A DNA stretch of 64,000 nt from IMG/VR virus record IMGVR_UViG_3300031963_000006, positions 62,001 to 126,000 of that record; one strand, 5' to 3'. Positions 9,862 to 19,562 of this stretch are shown piece by piece. The translations under genes and the position numbers were made by a program. The notes under the pieces were generated by a model. The model had not been told where the DNA came from, did no database searches, and saw nothing but the letters and a program-made list of their open reading frames with translations. Numbering within the stretch: the first letter of the stretch is position 1; each line of letters starts with the position of its first letter.

Positions 9862-9997
9862 AGTATTCTCTAAGTAACTTGTTTATCAAGGTTGACTTTT
9901 TAATTTTATCTTTAACCATTATATCAAATAGTTCTCGGTCTAAACTAATACCGAATTTAACTTTACAATCTTCTGTTTGTTTTTTTGGTCGTCCCAT
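9842..9997 (-). CDS. Small ribbon-helix-helix-like DNA-binding protein (51 aa), not in the ORF track
   Basis: Hand translation: MGRPKKQTEDCKVKFGISLDRELFDIMVKDKIKKSTLINKLLREYYGNKSV*. It has an alternating beta-strand followed by two helices and overlaps the HNH start by 20 nt. Confidence 0.6.
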   Translation of the reverse strand: MGRPKKQTEDCKVKFGISLDRELFDIMVKDKIKKSTLINKLLREYYGNKSV

Positions 9998-10109
9998 ATT
10001 ATATAAGTATTTCAAAAATATAAAAAAGTTTCACTATTACTAAAGATTTGAAACAACATATTTATTATCGTCTATTTCTTAAATAGAAATATTTATAAGA
10101 TAAAATAGA

Positions 10110-12224
10110 TTGATGGAATTCTTAATTAAGAAAAATGCAACTCTCCCACTTTTAAAGTTACAGGTAGTTAAGGACGGTAGAAGTGACTACAATAATTTTA
10201 TGAAACTTATTGAAGTTTCATCAATCTATTTTTCTATGACGGACCTTGAGACGGGAATTCCAAAAATAATGTCTCGTCCTGCAGGTTTTGTTGAAAAAAC
10301 TTTTGATGACCCAAATGCAGAAACTGAGTATTATCTATACTACCAATTCACTTCTACCGACACCAATATGGAAGGTAGGTTTGAGGGCCAGTTCATGCTT
10401 AGAAACTCTGAAGGAGTTTTGATTCTACCAATTAGAGAAAAATTATATATTTCAGTTCAGGAATCATTTATTGCTAATGATTTAAATTATGAAAGTTGTT
10501 ATGTTTCAGAATTTCCATGTTGTATTGAATCACCTATTGAACCTATTTGTCCTCCGTGTCCTACTTTACCTCCTCCATCATCAACACCACAACCTACACC
10601 ATCGGTAACTCCTAATTATTGTAAAATATTTCCATCCGAAGAGCAAGATATATCAATATTTGACGACTCTGAGGCCTCAGTATATCCCGTTACATTTTTA
10701 GTTTATGGTATAACTAATGCCATAGATAGTATAAGTTTAACTTTAAATGGATATAGTCATACTTATGTTGGCGATGTTGGTATGATATTATTATCACCGG
10801 ATGGTTTAAGATATTCTATAATAACAGGGAGGAAAGGGTCTGTTTATGGTATAGATAACGGAACTGTCACGTTAAGCACATTGTCAAATACTTTATGGGA
10901 CGGACACTCAACCGGAAATTTTATAAATGACCCTTATGTTTATGAAACAGTTTTATTTGGTTCCCCATGTCCATATCAGTTTATCCAAGGTCAGTCTACT
11001 TTGGACTTGAGTGTTTTTATAACTGAGACTCCAGCTGAATATGCAAATGGTTTATGGACTTTATATATTCAAGATTTCGCTCCTGAAGACGAAGGTTTTC
11101 TACAGTCAGCGACCTTGACCATATGTGACTCTGGAATTCCAAGAACACCAACACCCACACCGACTCTAACCCGTACCCCAACATTAACTCCTGGGTTGGT
11201 TATAAAAATGAATTTATTTGGATTAATAAGTCCTGGTTCAGTTAATATAGAATATTATTTGGTTATAGATAAGCCATTTTTTGATGATATAATATTAGAA
11301 TTTACTCATGTCTTATTATCGTCAGGTGGTGAAATAGAGATTACATCTCAAATAGAAATAGATAAAGAGAAAACATCAAATGTATTAACATTAACATTAG
11401 ACTATGATTTTGAGTCACTTAGCGGAACCAGTTATTTTAAAAATGTTAATATTATACCTGCCGAATATTCTAACAAATTCATAGTTACTGAGATTGTAGA
11501 ATTCAATTATCCGACACCTACACCGACACCTACCCCAACTCCAACACCTCAATGTAACTTATATTTGGCGACTGATTTTGATTTTGATTATGTTCTTATT
11601 ACTGAGGACTTCCAAAATTTAGTATTAGAAGAAACCTGTAATTTAATTAACATAAACGCAATTTATTATGAAGTTTTAGGTGGCATTTTATTTACGTATA
11701 CCGTAACTTCATCATATCCGGTCGATACCGACGTTGAGGTATCGTTCCAAAACATTATTGGTTATGGATACGAATCTGTACAGTTATTTAATTTGTCACT
11801 TGTGATTTCAGCAGGAACTCAATCGGCTCAAACTTTATTCTACGATTTTACAACTCCATATTCAAGTTATTATGGGGTATCGGCGTTTTACGAGGTTGGA
11901 ACTTCGGTGACGGGATATACTTCATATGGTTACAGTGTTTATACAAATTATAGTTTTGTACCTCCGATTAATAACCCGGTTATCCCTCCTGCTCCGACAG
12001 ACTTAATTCCAACTTCTTTACCTCCAACTCCTACACCGACTAATACTCAAACATCAACTAATACACCAACCCCAAGTGTTACGAATACTAATACTCCAAC
12101 TACTAGTGAAACCCCAACTCCAACCCCTACCCCTACATCAACACCTCCGGTACCACCTTTGACAATAATAGATACATTGACAGACCCTAATGGAGAAAAT
12201 CTAAAAGGTGTTATTGTAATTTAA
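10110..12224 (+). CDS. Virion/fibre-associated protein with Pro/Thr-rich linkers and a proprotein-convertase P-domain-like module
   Basis: Four PT-rich tracts. The segment SHTYVGDVGMILLSPDG...NGLWTLYIQDFAPEDEGFLQSATLTI resembles the P-domain. TTG/ATG start after a TATTTATA motif. Confidence 0.55.
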   Translation: MMEFLIKKNATLPLLKLQVVKDGRSDYNNFMKLIEVSSIYFSMTDLETGIPKIMSRPAGFVEKTFDDPNAETEYYLYYQFTSTDTNMEGRFEGQFMLRNSEGVLILPIREKLYISVQESFIANDLNYESCYVSEFPCCIESPIEPICPPCPTLPPPSSTPQPTPSVTPNYCKIFPSEEQDISIFDDSEASVYPVTFLVYGITNAIDSISLTLNGYSHTYVGDVGMILLSPDGLRYSIITGRKGSVYGIDNGTVTLSTLSNTLWDGHSTGNFINDPYVYETVLFGSPCPYQFIQGQSTLDLSVFITETPAEYANGLWTLYIQDFAPEDEGFLQSATLTICDSGIPRTPTPTPTLTRTPTLTPGLVIKMNLFGLISPGSVNIEYYLVIDKPFFDDIILEFTHVLLSSGGEIEITSQIEIDKEKTSNVLTLTLDYDFESLSGTSYFKNVNIIPAEYSNKFIVTEIVEFNYPTPTPTPTPTPTPQCNLYLATDFDFDYVLITEDFQNLVLEETCNLININAIYYEVLGGILFTYTVTSSYPVDTDVEVSFQNIIGYGYESVQLFNLSLVISAGTQSAQTLFYDFTTPYSSYYGVSAFYEVGTSVTGYTSYGYSVYTNYSFVPPINNPVIPPAPTDLIPTSLPPTPTPTNTQTSTNTPTPSVTNTNTPTTSETPTPTPTPTSTPPVPPLTIIDTLTDPNGENLKGVIVI
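11511..11549 (+). repeat. (Pro-Thr)n coding repeat with a near-tandem 12-nt unit CCGACACCTACA/C
   Basis: ccgacacctacaccgacacctaccccaactccaacacct encodes PTPTPTPTPTPTP. Confidence 0.85.
11961..12158 (+). repeat. Long mucin-like Pro/Thr coding tract
   Basis: Encodes PPINNPVIPPAPTDLIPTSLPPTPTPTNTQTSTNTPTPSVTNTNTPTTSETPTPTPTPTSTPPVPP. Confidence 0.85.
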
Positions 12225-12243
12225 AAAATTAAAAAAAAATAAA

Positions 12244-12261
12244 AGATATTTATAAATAAAA
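12244..12261 (+). promoter_or_regulatory. Conserved upstream element AGATATTTATAAATAAAA (copy 1 of 3 identical); candidate late promoter
   Basis: The same 18-mer occurs at 12244, 30171 and 46213, each just upstream of a start codon. The core TATTTATAAATA is palindromic. Confidence 0.55.
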
Positions 12262-12266
12262 TTAAA

Positions 12267-15200
12267 ATGGCGAATATTAAGATATCTCAATTAGTTTTGG
12301 CAACACCAGGTCCTGAGAGTATTTTTCCTTTCACAGATAATGGTGCTACATATAAAGGATACGTTTCGGGACTAACCACTAACTATATTGAGGTTACTAA
12401 AAATGAACTTGAATCTTTAATTCAAACATCAAGTTTAATTCCTGGTTATTTCTATATAATAAGTGGGGTTGATTTTGACCTATATGGTGGAACAACAATA
12501 ATTTTAGAGTCAGTTTCCCCAAATAAATTATCTGAGAAAGGTGTTGGTTTATTTTATAATCCAAAATATGACCAAACTATCGACGGATATGGAATTTGGA
12601 CGAGACACATGACTCCTACATTCGATAGTATTAGTGGAGGGATATTTACACCAAATGAAACTGTTACATGTGATTTGGGTGGAACTGGAACTTATATATC
12701 TGATGAATTAATAGAATGGGTAAATGGGGATTGGAGTGGTGCGACCTCAATTACTGGAAACACAAGTGGTGTTATTGCAACTATTAGTCGTTCATTGACT
12801 CCTGAATATGTATTTGGTGATGAAAATTCCAGCTCGGCTATATGGGGAGGATTTTTATGGGTAAATCAAGGTGGTGATATTTCTAATGAGTCCGTTGGAA
12901 TTGGTGATGGTTCATCGATATACAGCGGATTTACCGAAAATAGACCAATATTTCCATCAACATTGTCAATAGACACTGGTATAGAACAATTTTTAGATAA
13001 TGGAAGTGGTCAATTAGTCGGAAATGGTGGAGGTACAGGGACCACAAATTATGATACCGGTGAATGGTCTTTAGAGACTACAGGTTCTGTAAGTTCTGGT
13101 TATAGTATAACCGCATCATATATGGCATCGACCGTTGGTGTTTCATTAAATAAGTATGAATTAAGTTCTACGTGGTCTCCCATTCCGTTTAATGATTTTA
13201 ACTATAATTTAGTTGCCGACGAAATAATTTATGATTACGAAAAAGATAAAATAATTTACAGAAGAGATGGATTTGGAAATGAAGTTTCTTGTACGTATCA
13301 AAGTATAAAACAATTTGAAATAGACAATTATGGTAATCCAATTAAGGATTTTCAGTGGGGTAATAATCAAACAAATTGGGGTAATTCTACAGGGTTATTT
13401 TTATTTAATGATGTTCCTGATTTAGGAAGTGATATTTTGTATGGAGGTAACGATTTATTCGATACTGGTAACATTTTAAATACTGAATTATTCACCCAAA
13501 TACCTTACACCCACACTCAAATGGTTGACCCACCTGTTCACAGTAATCAAGAAACTTCTCCATTTTATTTTACTTTAAACGGAATTGTTTTATCTGGCGA
13601 TTCTTATTTCGGGGCAGCGTCAAGTTATTTTACAAATCTTTATCCCGGATTATTTGTTATGATGGCTACAAATACTTCTGTAGATGAGTTTTACATTAAT
13701 GGTTCACTTGGTACAGATTGTGATTCTGTTTTAGATTCTTATCAACAAACCTACACAGGATTCTCTGAAACTTATACCGCGTTTGTTAAAAGATATTTTA
13801 ATAACACAAATAATGAACCATCAAACAACCATATTATAATTGTTAATAGTGATGGTACGGGAATAAATCATGATTATAGTAGCGGAGGATGTGATAGTGA
13901 TTTTGACCAAATATCGGGTTTAACGGCATCTAGTGTAACCAAAATTTATTATTTACTGATGTCATTATCACCCATAGATAAGATAAGTGACAATGAGATT
14001 GATAATATCGTAAGTATTTTTCTATCACTTGTTGATGGGTATTTTATCGAGGAATCTAAATTTAATATAGACACTCAATATACTAATATTACTGGTTTAT
14101 TTAATAATAGTCAAACCACAACTAAATACGGTATAATGGGTAATAAAATAACAGACAGTTATCTTGATTGCTTAAATTTCCAAGGAGGGTTTATTTGGGA
14201 TAATAATTTAACTCAAAGTAGTGTTTTCTCTGAAAACTATTTCGCACCAACTAGAAACTCAAATTTTTCCTACAATAATGTTATCTCAGAAACAATATTT
14301 TCAGATAATATATTTAGTCCTAGGTCTGAATTTCAAAATTGTGAAATATCAAACTCGGTAATAAATAGTAATATACTTGGAGGTTATAACACAAATAATA
14401 CTTATATTGCGGACAGTGAAATATTTTTAAGTGTTGTTTATAACAATCAATTTCACAATACTAATATTAATAAAATAAATTTGAAATTTGGTTCTGAGTT
14501 TTCTAATAATATAACTGACAACTCTAATATTGGTTCAAATAATATAATTACAGATAGTTTGTTAAATGATAATATATTTATTTCAACTAGTATTGAAGGT
14601 AATGAAATCATAGATGATTCATCCATAGAATTTAATAATTTATCAATTTCAAATATTGCATTTAATACAATACATAATTCATCGATATCCAATAACACAT
14701 TAATTAATAATGGAAATATTTTATATAACACATTAAGTCAAATTTCAATTATTGATTATAATTACTTATCGGCAAATACTTTTGTACAAAATAACACTTT
14801 AAGTCAGAATTCATCGATAGAATATAATTCAGGATTCACTAATTCTTATATTGAATATAATAATCTTTCATTAAGTTATTTATCAGGAAACACGTTAGAT
14901 GATAGTTCTTTTATTTCCGAAAACGAGATAACCCAAACATCTGAAATATCAATTAATACTATTTTATCATCATCTTTTATTAGTAATAATATAGTAAAAA
15001 ATCAGTCAAATATAATTGATAATACTCAAAATGGTGGTTCAGAATTAAGATTAAATGACCTAAACAATAGTTTTATTTATAATAATACTCTTAGTGCCAG
15101 TACAATTAATCAAAATTATTTAAATTCATTTTCTGAAATACTATACGGTGTTTTAAATAATTCAACATTTGAAAATAATTTACTAAAATATTCGTCACTT

Positions 15201-15701
15201 GATTTATCGTCAATATGTTTAATGGATAATAAAAATATATCTAAAACAAATTTTGTTGATTCAAATATAAATGATATTTCAGAAAATTCAGTGGTAATTT
15301 ACGACTCTTACTCTAAACAAGTGTTCACAAATTCAACTGGAGGAACTAGGATAAGTTATTATGATGGTACTGATACATTAATCATTGGTAATATAAATGA
15401 TTCGGTGGTACCGACTTTAAATATTACGGGATGGACCGCAGTTAGTTCTTATGATATTGATGTTTACGTTAATATTACATTGGATGGAGGAAATTCAGTA
15501 ACTGAACGAGGGGTGGTATGGGACACTTCTCCATATCCAACTATTTCTAATAATGTTGTTGTAGAAGGGGGAACGGGTATTGGTTCTTACACCACTAACT
15601 TAACCGGACTAACTTCAGGCTCAACAATATACTTCAGAGGATACGCCGTTAACTCAAGTGGAACCGGATACACATGTCAAGATTCATATGATACACCTTA
15701 A
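12267..15701 (+). CDS. Tail fibre/receptor-binding-like protein with Asn-rich beta-repeat region and C-terminal FN3-like module
   Basis: MANIKISQL fibre-type N-terminus; ~400 aa of I.NN.L...S.I.NN repeats; C-terminal DGGNSVTERGVVWDTSPYPT...LTGLTSGSTIYFRGYAVNSSGTGY. Confidence 0.55.
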   Translation: MANIKISQLVLATPGPESIFPFTDNGATYKGYVSGLTTNYIEVTKNELESLIQTSSLIPGYFYIISGVDFDLYGGTTIILESVSPNKLSEKGVGLFYNPKYDQTIDGYGIWTRHMTPTFDSISGGIFTPNETVTCDLGGTGTYISDELIEWVNGDWSGATSITGNTSGVIATISRSLTPEYVFGDENSSSAIWGGFLWVNQGGDISNESVGIGDGSSIYSGFTENRPIFPSTLSIDTGIEQFLDNGSGQLVGNGGGTGTTNYDTGEWSLETTGSVSSGYSITASYMASTVGVSLNKYELSSTWSPIPFNDFNYNLVADEIIYDYEKDKIIYRRDGFGNEVSCTYQSIKQFEIDNYGNPIKDFQWGNNQTNWGNSTGLFLFNDVPDLGSDILYGGNDLFDTGNILNTELFTQIPYTHTQMVDPPVHSNQETSPFYFTLNGIVLSGDSYFGAASSYFTNLYPGLFVMMATNTSVDEFYINGSLGTDCDSVLDSYQQTYTGFSETYTAFVKRYFNNTNNEPSNNHIIIVNSDGTGINHDYSSGGCDSDFDQISGLTASSVTKIYYLLMSLSPIDKISDNEIDNIVSIFLSLVDGYFIEESKFNIDTQYTNITGLFNNSQTTTKYGIMGNKITDSYLDCLNFQGGFIWDNNLTQSSVFSENYFAPTRNSNFSYNNVISETIFSDNIFSPRSEFQNCEISNSVINSNILGGYNTNNTYIADSEIFLSVVYNNQFHNTNINKINLKFGSEFSNNITDNSNIGSNNIITDSLLNDNIFISTSIEGNEIIDDSSIEFNNLSISNIAFNTIHNSSISNNTLINNGNILYNTLSQISIIDYNYLSANTFVQNNTLSQNSSIEYNSGFTNSYIEYNNLSLSYLSGNTLDDSSFISENEITQTSEISINTILSSSFISNNIVKNQSNIIDNTQNGGSELRLNDLNNSFIYNNTLSASTINQNYLNSFSEILYGVLNNSTFENNLLKYSSLDLSSICLMDNKNISKTNFVDSNINDISENSVVIYDSYSKQVFTNSTGGTRISYYDGTDTLIIGNINDSVVPTLNITGWTAVSSYDIDVYVNITLDGGNSVTERGVVWDTSPYPTISNNVVVEGGTGIGSYTTNLTGLTSGSTIYFRGYAVNSSGTGYTCQDSYDTP

Positions 15702-15714
15702 ATAAAATAAAAAA

Positions 15715-15990
15715 ATGAGACCAAATAGAAGAAATACTCAAAATCAAAGCGAAGGTTTAATAATCTCTTTACCAACTGAGGTTGTTGTTAGAGAAATACC
15801 TGCAGTTCAAATTAAAACCTCAACAATTGAAGTTCTTTCTGTAGAAGACCTATCAAAACAAAGAAAAATTGTTGCCAATACAAAAGAACTTGGTCCAGTT
15901 ACCCTTTGGGAAAATCAAATGTATGATAGAATAGGTCAATGGACTGATGTTGACATTGAAACAAGATTAATTGAATTATTTTTAAAGTAA
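15715..15990 (+). CDS. Hypothetical protein (91 aa)
   Basis: A-rich leader and TAATG coupling to the downstream protease gene. Confidence 0.7.
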   Translation: MRPNRRNTQNQSEGLIISLPTEVVVREIPAVQIKTSTIEVLSVEDLSKQRKIVANTKELGPVTLWENQMYDRIGQWTDVDIETRLIELFLK

Positions 15991-16673
15991 TGGAAACAGA
16001 AAATACCGAAATAACTTATAAATTAGGGAGACAATATATTCCTGATGAGAGAGACCAAAACTATCTCATATCAACTCATTTGTTAAAAAGAACAAATAGA
16101 ACTAGAATTACCAGTCGTTATTGGGATGACACAATTTGGTGGGGAGACCAAGGCAATACACCTCAGTGTGTAGGATATGCATGGTCTCACTGGCTAAGTG
16201 ATGGTCCTGTATATCATAGAGGAATCGCTCCAAAAATACAACCAAACATTATTTATGAAAACGCTCAAAGATTGGATATTTGGCCCGGAGAAAACTATGA
16301 TGGAACCTCAGTAAGAGGAGGTGCAAAATTCCTACAAAATCAAAAATTAATCTCAAGGTATTATTGGGGGTTTAATTTAAAAACACTAATTGATTCTGTA
16401 TTAAATTTGGGACCAGTTGTTGTTGGTACTAATTGGTATTATGGTATGTTTTTTCCAAATTCTTCAGGGGTTATTAGAGCAACAGGACCATTAGCTGGAG
16501 GTCATGCTTATGTGATAAACGGAATTGCAACAACTTCACAAATGTTCAGAATTAAAAATAGTTGGGGTAAGGGATGGGGTCAAGGAGGTCATGCCTATAT
16601 AAGTTTCACAGATATGAATAGACTTATAATGGAACAAGGTGAAATTTGTTTGGCGACAGAGATAAGAACTTAA
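15990..16673 (+). CDS. Papain-like (C1A) cysteine peptidase
   Basis: DQGNTPQCVGYA (oxyanion Gln, catalytic Cys), GGHAYVING (His) and IKNSWGKGWG (Asn). Confidence 0.85.
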   Translation: METENTEITYKLGRQYIPDERDQNYLISTHLLKRTNRTRITSRYWDDTIWWGDQGNTPQCVGYAWSHWLSDGPVYHRGIAPKIQPNIIYENAQRLDIWPGENYDGTSVRGGAKFLQNQKLISRYYWGFNLKTLIDSVLNLGPVVVGTNWYYGMFFPNSSGVIRATGPLAGGHAYVINGIATTSQMFRIKNSWGKGWGQGGHAYISFTDMNRLIMEQGEICLATEIRT

Positions 16674-16702
16674 TTGATTTAGTGGGTTTTAATATTTATA
16701 AT
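16674..16702 (+). promoter_or_regulatory. Sigma70-like promoter upstream of the DNA polymerase
   Basis: TTGATT (16674-79), 17-nt spacer, TATAAT (16697-702); overlaps a TATTTATA motif. Confidence 0.5.
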
Positions 16703-16754
16703 TGATACAAAGGTAAATGTCGTAATTTCGCGGCAGCCAATAAACCAATCAATT

Positions 16755-19562
16755 ATGACAAGTCAAGAAGAAATCAAAGCGTTTCTAGAAGGAAACGACC
16801 CTGAAGAGCACATCGTTGCCATAGAATTTGATTACGTTTCAGATTCTATATATAAAATCAAAGAAGTACCTGGTAAAGGTAAAGAAATCAAAAAAGACAC
16901 ATTCGTTGCATTTGCGTGGGTCGGAGACCTACGAGGTTTAAATTTTTATCAGTCATCAAAGGCATTACAGAAAGAAGCTATGTCTAAGTATGGAATTATG
17001 ATTGATAAACTTGAGACAGGCGGTAATGAACGAATGGAAGAAGGTTTAAAGTATATGGTTAAATCCTTAAAGGGTTATCGTTCTTTAATTCAATTCTTCC
17101 GTGATGGGGGTGTTGACCCTTGGGGTGAAAGAACAAAAGACCTAATTATGATTTTACCACCAACCGAACAATATCTTATATCGAGAGAAAAACGACTATT
17201 TAAAGGATACGACGAATACAATGATATTACGAGGTTTGTATTCGACTTAGAGACGACCGCACTCGAACCAAAAGACGGTCGTATCTTTATGATAGGTATC
17301 AAGACAAACAAAGGATACCAAAAAGTAATTGAGTGTTCTAATGAGGACGAGGAGAGACTAGGACTTGTAGAATTCTTCAACATCATAGATGAGTTAAAGC
17401 CTAGTATTTTGGGAGGTTACAATTCCGCGAACTTCGATTGGTATTGGATATTCGAACGTTGTAAGGCTCTGAACCTCGATATTAAAAGAATTTGTAAAAC
17501 ACTTAACCCAAAACATACAATAAAGGAAAGTGAGAACTTACTTAAACTCGCCAACGAAGTTGAAAGATACAATCAGGTTGGAATGTGGGGGTATAACGTA
17601 ATTGATATTATTCACTCAGTCCGTAGAGCACAAGCAATTAATTCAAGTATTAAGTCAGCGGGTTTGAAATATATCACTCAATATATTGACGCGGAATCCG
17701 AAGACCGAGTTTATATTGACCACACCGAGATTGGCCCGATGTATGCCAAAAAGGAAGAATATTGGTTAAACATTAAGAACGGAAAATACAAGAAAGCCAA
17801 CAATCCTGAATTTAATTATTTAGATACAAGATTTCCTGGCACATACATTAAGACAACAGGTGATGATATTGTAGAGAGGTATCTCGACGATGACTTGGAG
17901 GAAACCTTACTTGTTGACGAAGAATTTAACCAAGGAACATTCCTACTTGCATCCCTTGTACCAACGACCTATGAGAGGGTATCTACTATGGGTACGGCAA
18001 CACTTTGGAAAATGTTGATGCTTGCTTGGAGTTACAAACACAAACTTGCAATTCCAAAAAAACAATCAAAAACGGATTTTGTTGGCGGATTGTCACGACT
18101 ATTAAAGGTTGGTTACTCTACAAAAGTATTGAAGCTTGACTACTCGTCACTTTATCCTTCAATCCAACTTGTACACGATGTGTTTCCTGATTGTGACATT
18201 ACAGGCGCAATGAAGGGTATGTTATCTTACTTCCGTAATTCTCGTATCATGTATAAGAACTTGGCGGCAGAATGGTATGATAAAGATAAAAAGACATCTT
18301 TAAAGTATGACCGTAAACAACTTCCGATTAAGATTTTCATCAACTCAATGTTCGGAGCTTTGTCGGCCCCACAAGTATTTGCGTGGGGTGATATGTATAT
18401 GGGAGAACAGATTACTTGTACTGGTAGACAATACCTTCGTATGATGATTAAGTTCTTTATGAAAAAAGGTTATACCCCACTTGTAATGGATACTGACGGT
18501 GTTAACTTTTCAAAACCTGAAGGTGTGGAGGATAGAGTTTATATCGGTAAAGGTTTAAACTGGAAAGTTAAGGAGGGTAAAGAATATCGTGGGGACGACG
18601 CAGATGTTGCCGAGTTTAACGACACATTTATGAGAGGTGAGATGGCATTAGATACTGATGGAACTTGGCCATCGTGTATCAATCTTGCTCGTAAGAATTA
18701 CGCGGTTATGGATGCCAAGGGTAAGATTAAACTCACGGGTAATACAATTAAGTCAAAGAAACTTCCACTTTACATTGAGGACTTTTTGGACAAGGGTGTT
18801 AAACAATTACTAGAGGGTAAGGGTCAAGAATTTATCGAATGGTATTATGAGTATGTTCAAAAAATCTATAACAAACAAATCCCACTTATGAAGATTGCCC
18901 AAAGAGCGAAAGTTAAATTGTCTATTGATGATTATAGAAAACGCTCAAAGGAAAAAACAAAAGCGGGTAATGAAATGTCGAGAATGGCACATATGGAACT
19001 TGCAATTCGTGATAATGTGGCAGTCAATCTTGGTGATGTGATTTACTATGTTAATAACGGTATTAAGGCTTCACACGGAGATGTTCAGAAAGTTAATAAA
19101 CCTAAAAAGGGTTGGTCAGATGAAACAAAAGAACAACATCTAAAAGAATTTGGTAAACCATTAAATGACAGTATTAATTCAATCATACAATTAAACTGTT
19201 ATAGGATTGAGCCATCAGATTTGGAAAACAATCCTGAAATGACAGGTGATTATAATGTACCAAGAGCGATTGCAACATTTAACAAACGAATTGAACCACT
19301 ACTTGTGGTATTCAAACAGGAAGTTCGCGATGGTTTGATTGTTGATAATCCTGAGGAAAGAATGTTCTTTACGAAAGACCAATCAGAACTAATTAATGGT
19401 TTACCGTTTGAAAAAGGTGACCAAGATACTTTGGAAGAAGTTTTGACAATATCAGAACCTGAAATGAAGTATTGGGAAAAACGAGGATTACATCCTGATT
19501 ATATGTATGAATTGGCGGATAAAGGGTGGGAAGAAAAATTAATTCAGTTTGAGTCCGTCTGA
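16755..19562 (+). CDS. Family B DNA polymerase with 3'-5' exonuclease domain
   Basis: Exonuclease motifs FDLET, YNSANFD and YLDDD; polymerase motifs LDYSSLYPSI, KIFINSMFG and MDTDG. Confidence 0.95.
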   Translation: MTSQEEIKAFLEGNDPEEHIVAIEFDYVSDSIYKIKEVPGKGKEIKKDTFVAFAWVGDLRGLNFYQSSKALQKEAMSKYGIMIDKLETGGNERMEEGLKYMVKSLKGYRSLIQFFRDGGVDPWGERTKDLIMILPPTEQYLISREKRLFKGYDEYNDITRFVFDLETTALEPKDGRIFMIGIKTNKGYQKVIECSNEDEERLGLVEFFNIIDELKPSILGGYNSANFDWYWIFERCKALNLDIKRICKTLNPKHTIKESENLLKLANEVERYNQVGMWGYNVIDIIHSVRRAQAINSSIKSAGLKYITQYIDAESEDRVYIDHTEIGPMYAKKEEYWLNIKNGKYKKANNPEFNYLDTRFPGTYIKTTGDDIVERYLDDDLEETLLVDEEFNQGTFLLASLVPTTYERVSTMGTATLWKMLMLAWSYKHKLAIPKKQSKTDFVGGLSRLLKVGYSTKVLKLDYSSLYPSIQLVHDVFPDCDITGAMKGMLSYFRNSRIMYKNLAAEWYDKDKKTSLKYDRKQLPIKIFINSMFGALSAPQVFAWGDMYMGEQITCTGRQYLRMMIKFFMKKGYTPLVMDTDGVNFSKPEGVEDRVYIGKGLNWKVKEGKEYRGDDADVAEFNDTFMRGEMALDTDGTWPSCINLARKNYAVMDAKGKIKLTGNTIKSKKLPLYIEDFLDKGVKQLLEGKGQEFIEWYYEYVQKIYNKQIPLMKIAQRAKVKLSIDDYRKRSKEKTKAGNEMSRMAHMELAIRDNVAVNLGDVIYYVNNGIKASHGDVQKVNKPKKGWSDETKEQHLKEFGKPLNDSINSIIQLNCYRIEPSDLENNPEMTGDYNVPRAIATFNKRIEPLLVVFKQEVRDGLIVDNPEERMFFTKDQSELINGLPFEKGDQDTLEEVLTISEPEMKYWEKRGLHPDYMYELADKGWEEKLIQFESV

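Noticed and set aside
14140-15290. Diversity-generating retroelement target or template (AAY-rich region)
   Set aside because: The Asn codons belong to a coding repeat domain; no duplicated TR/VR pair and no reverse transcriptase are in the window.
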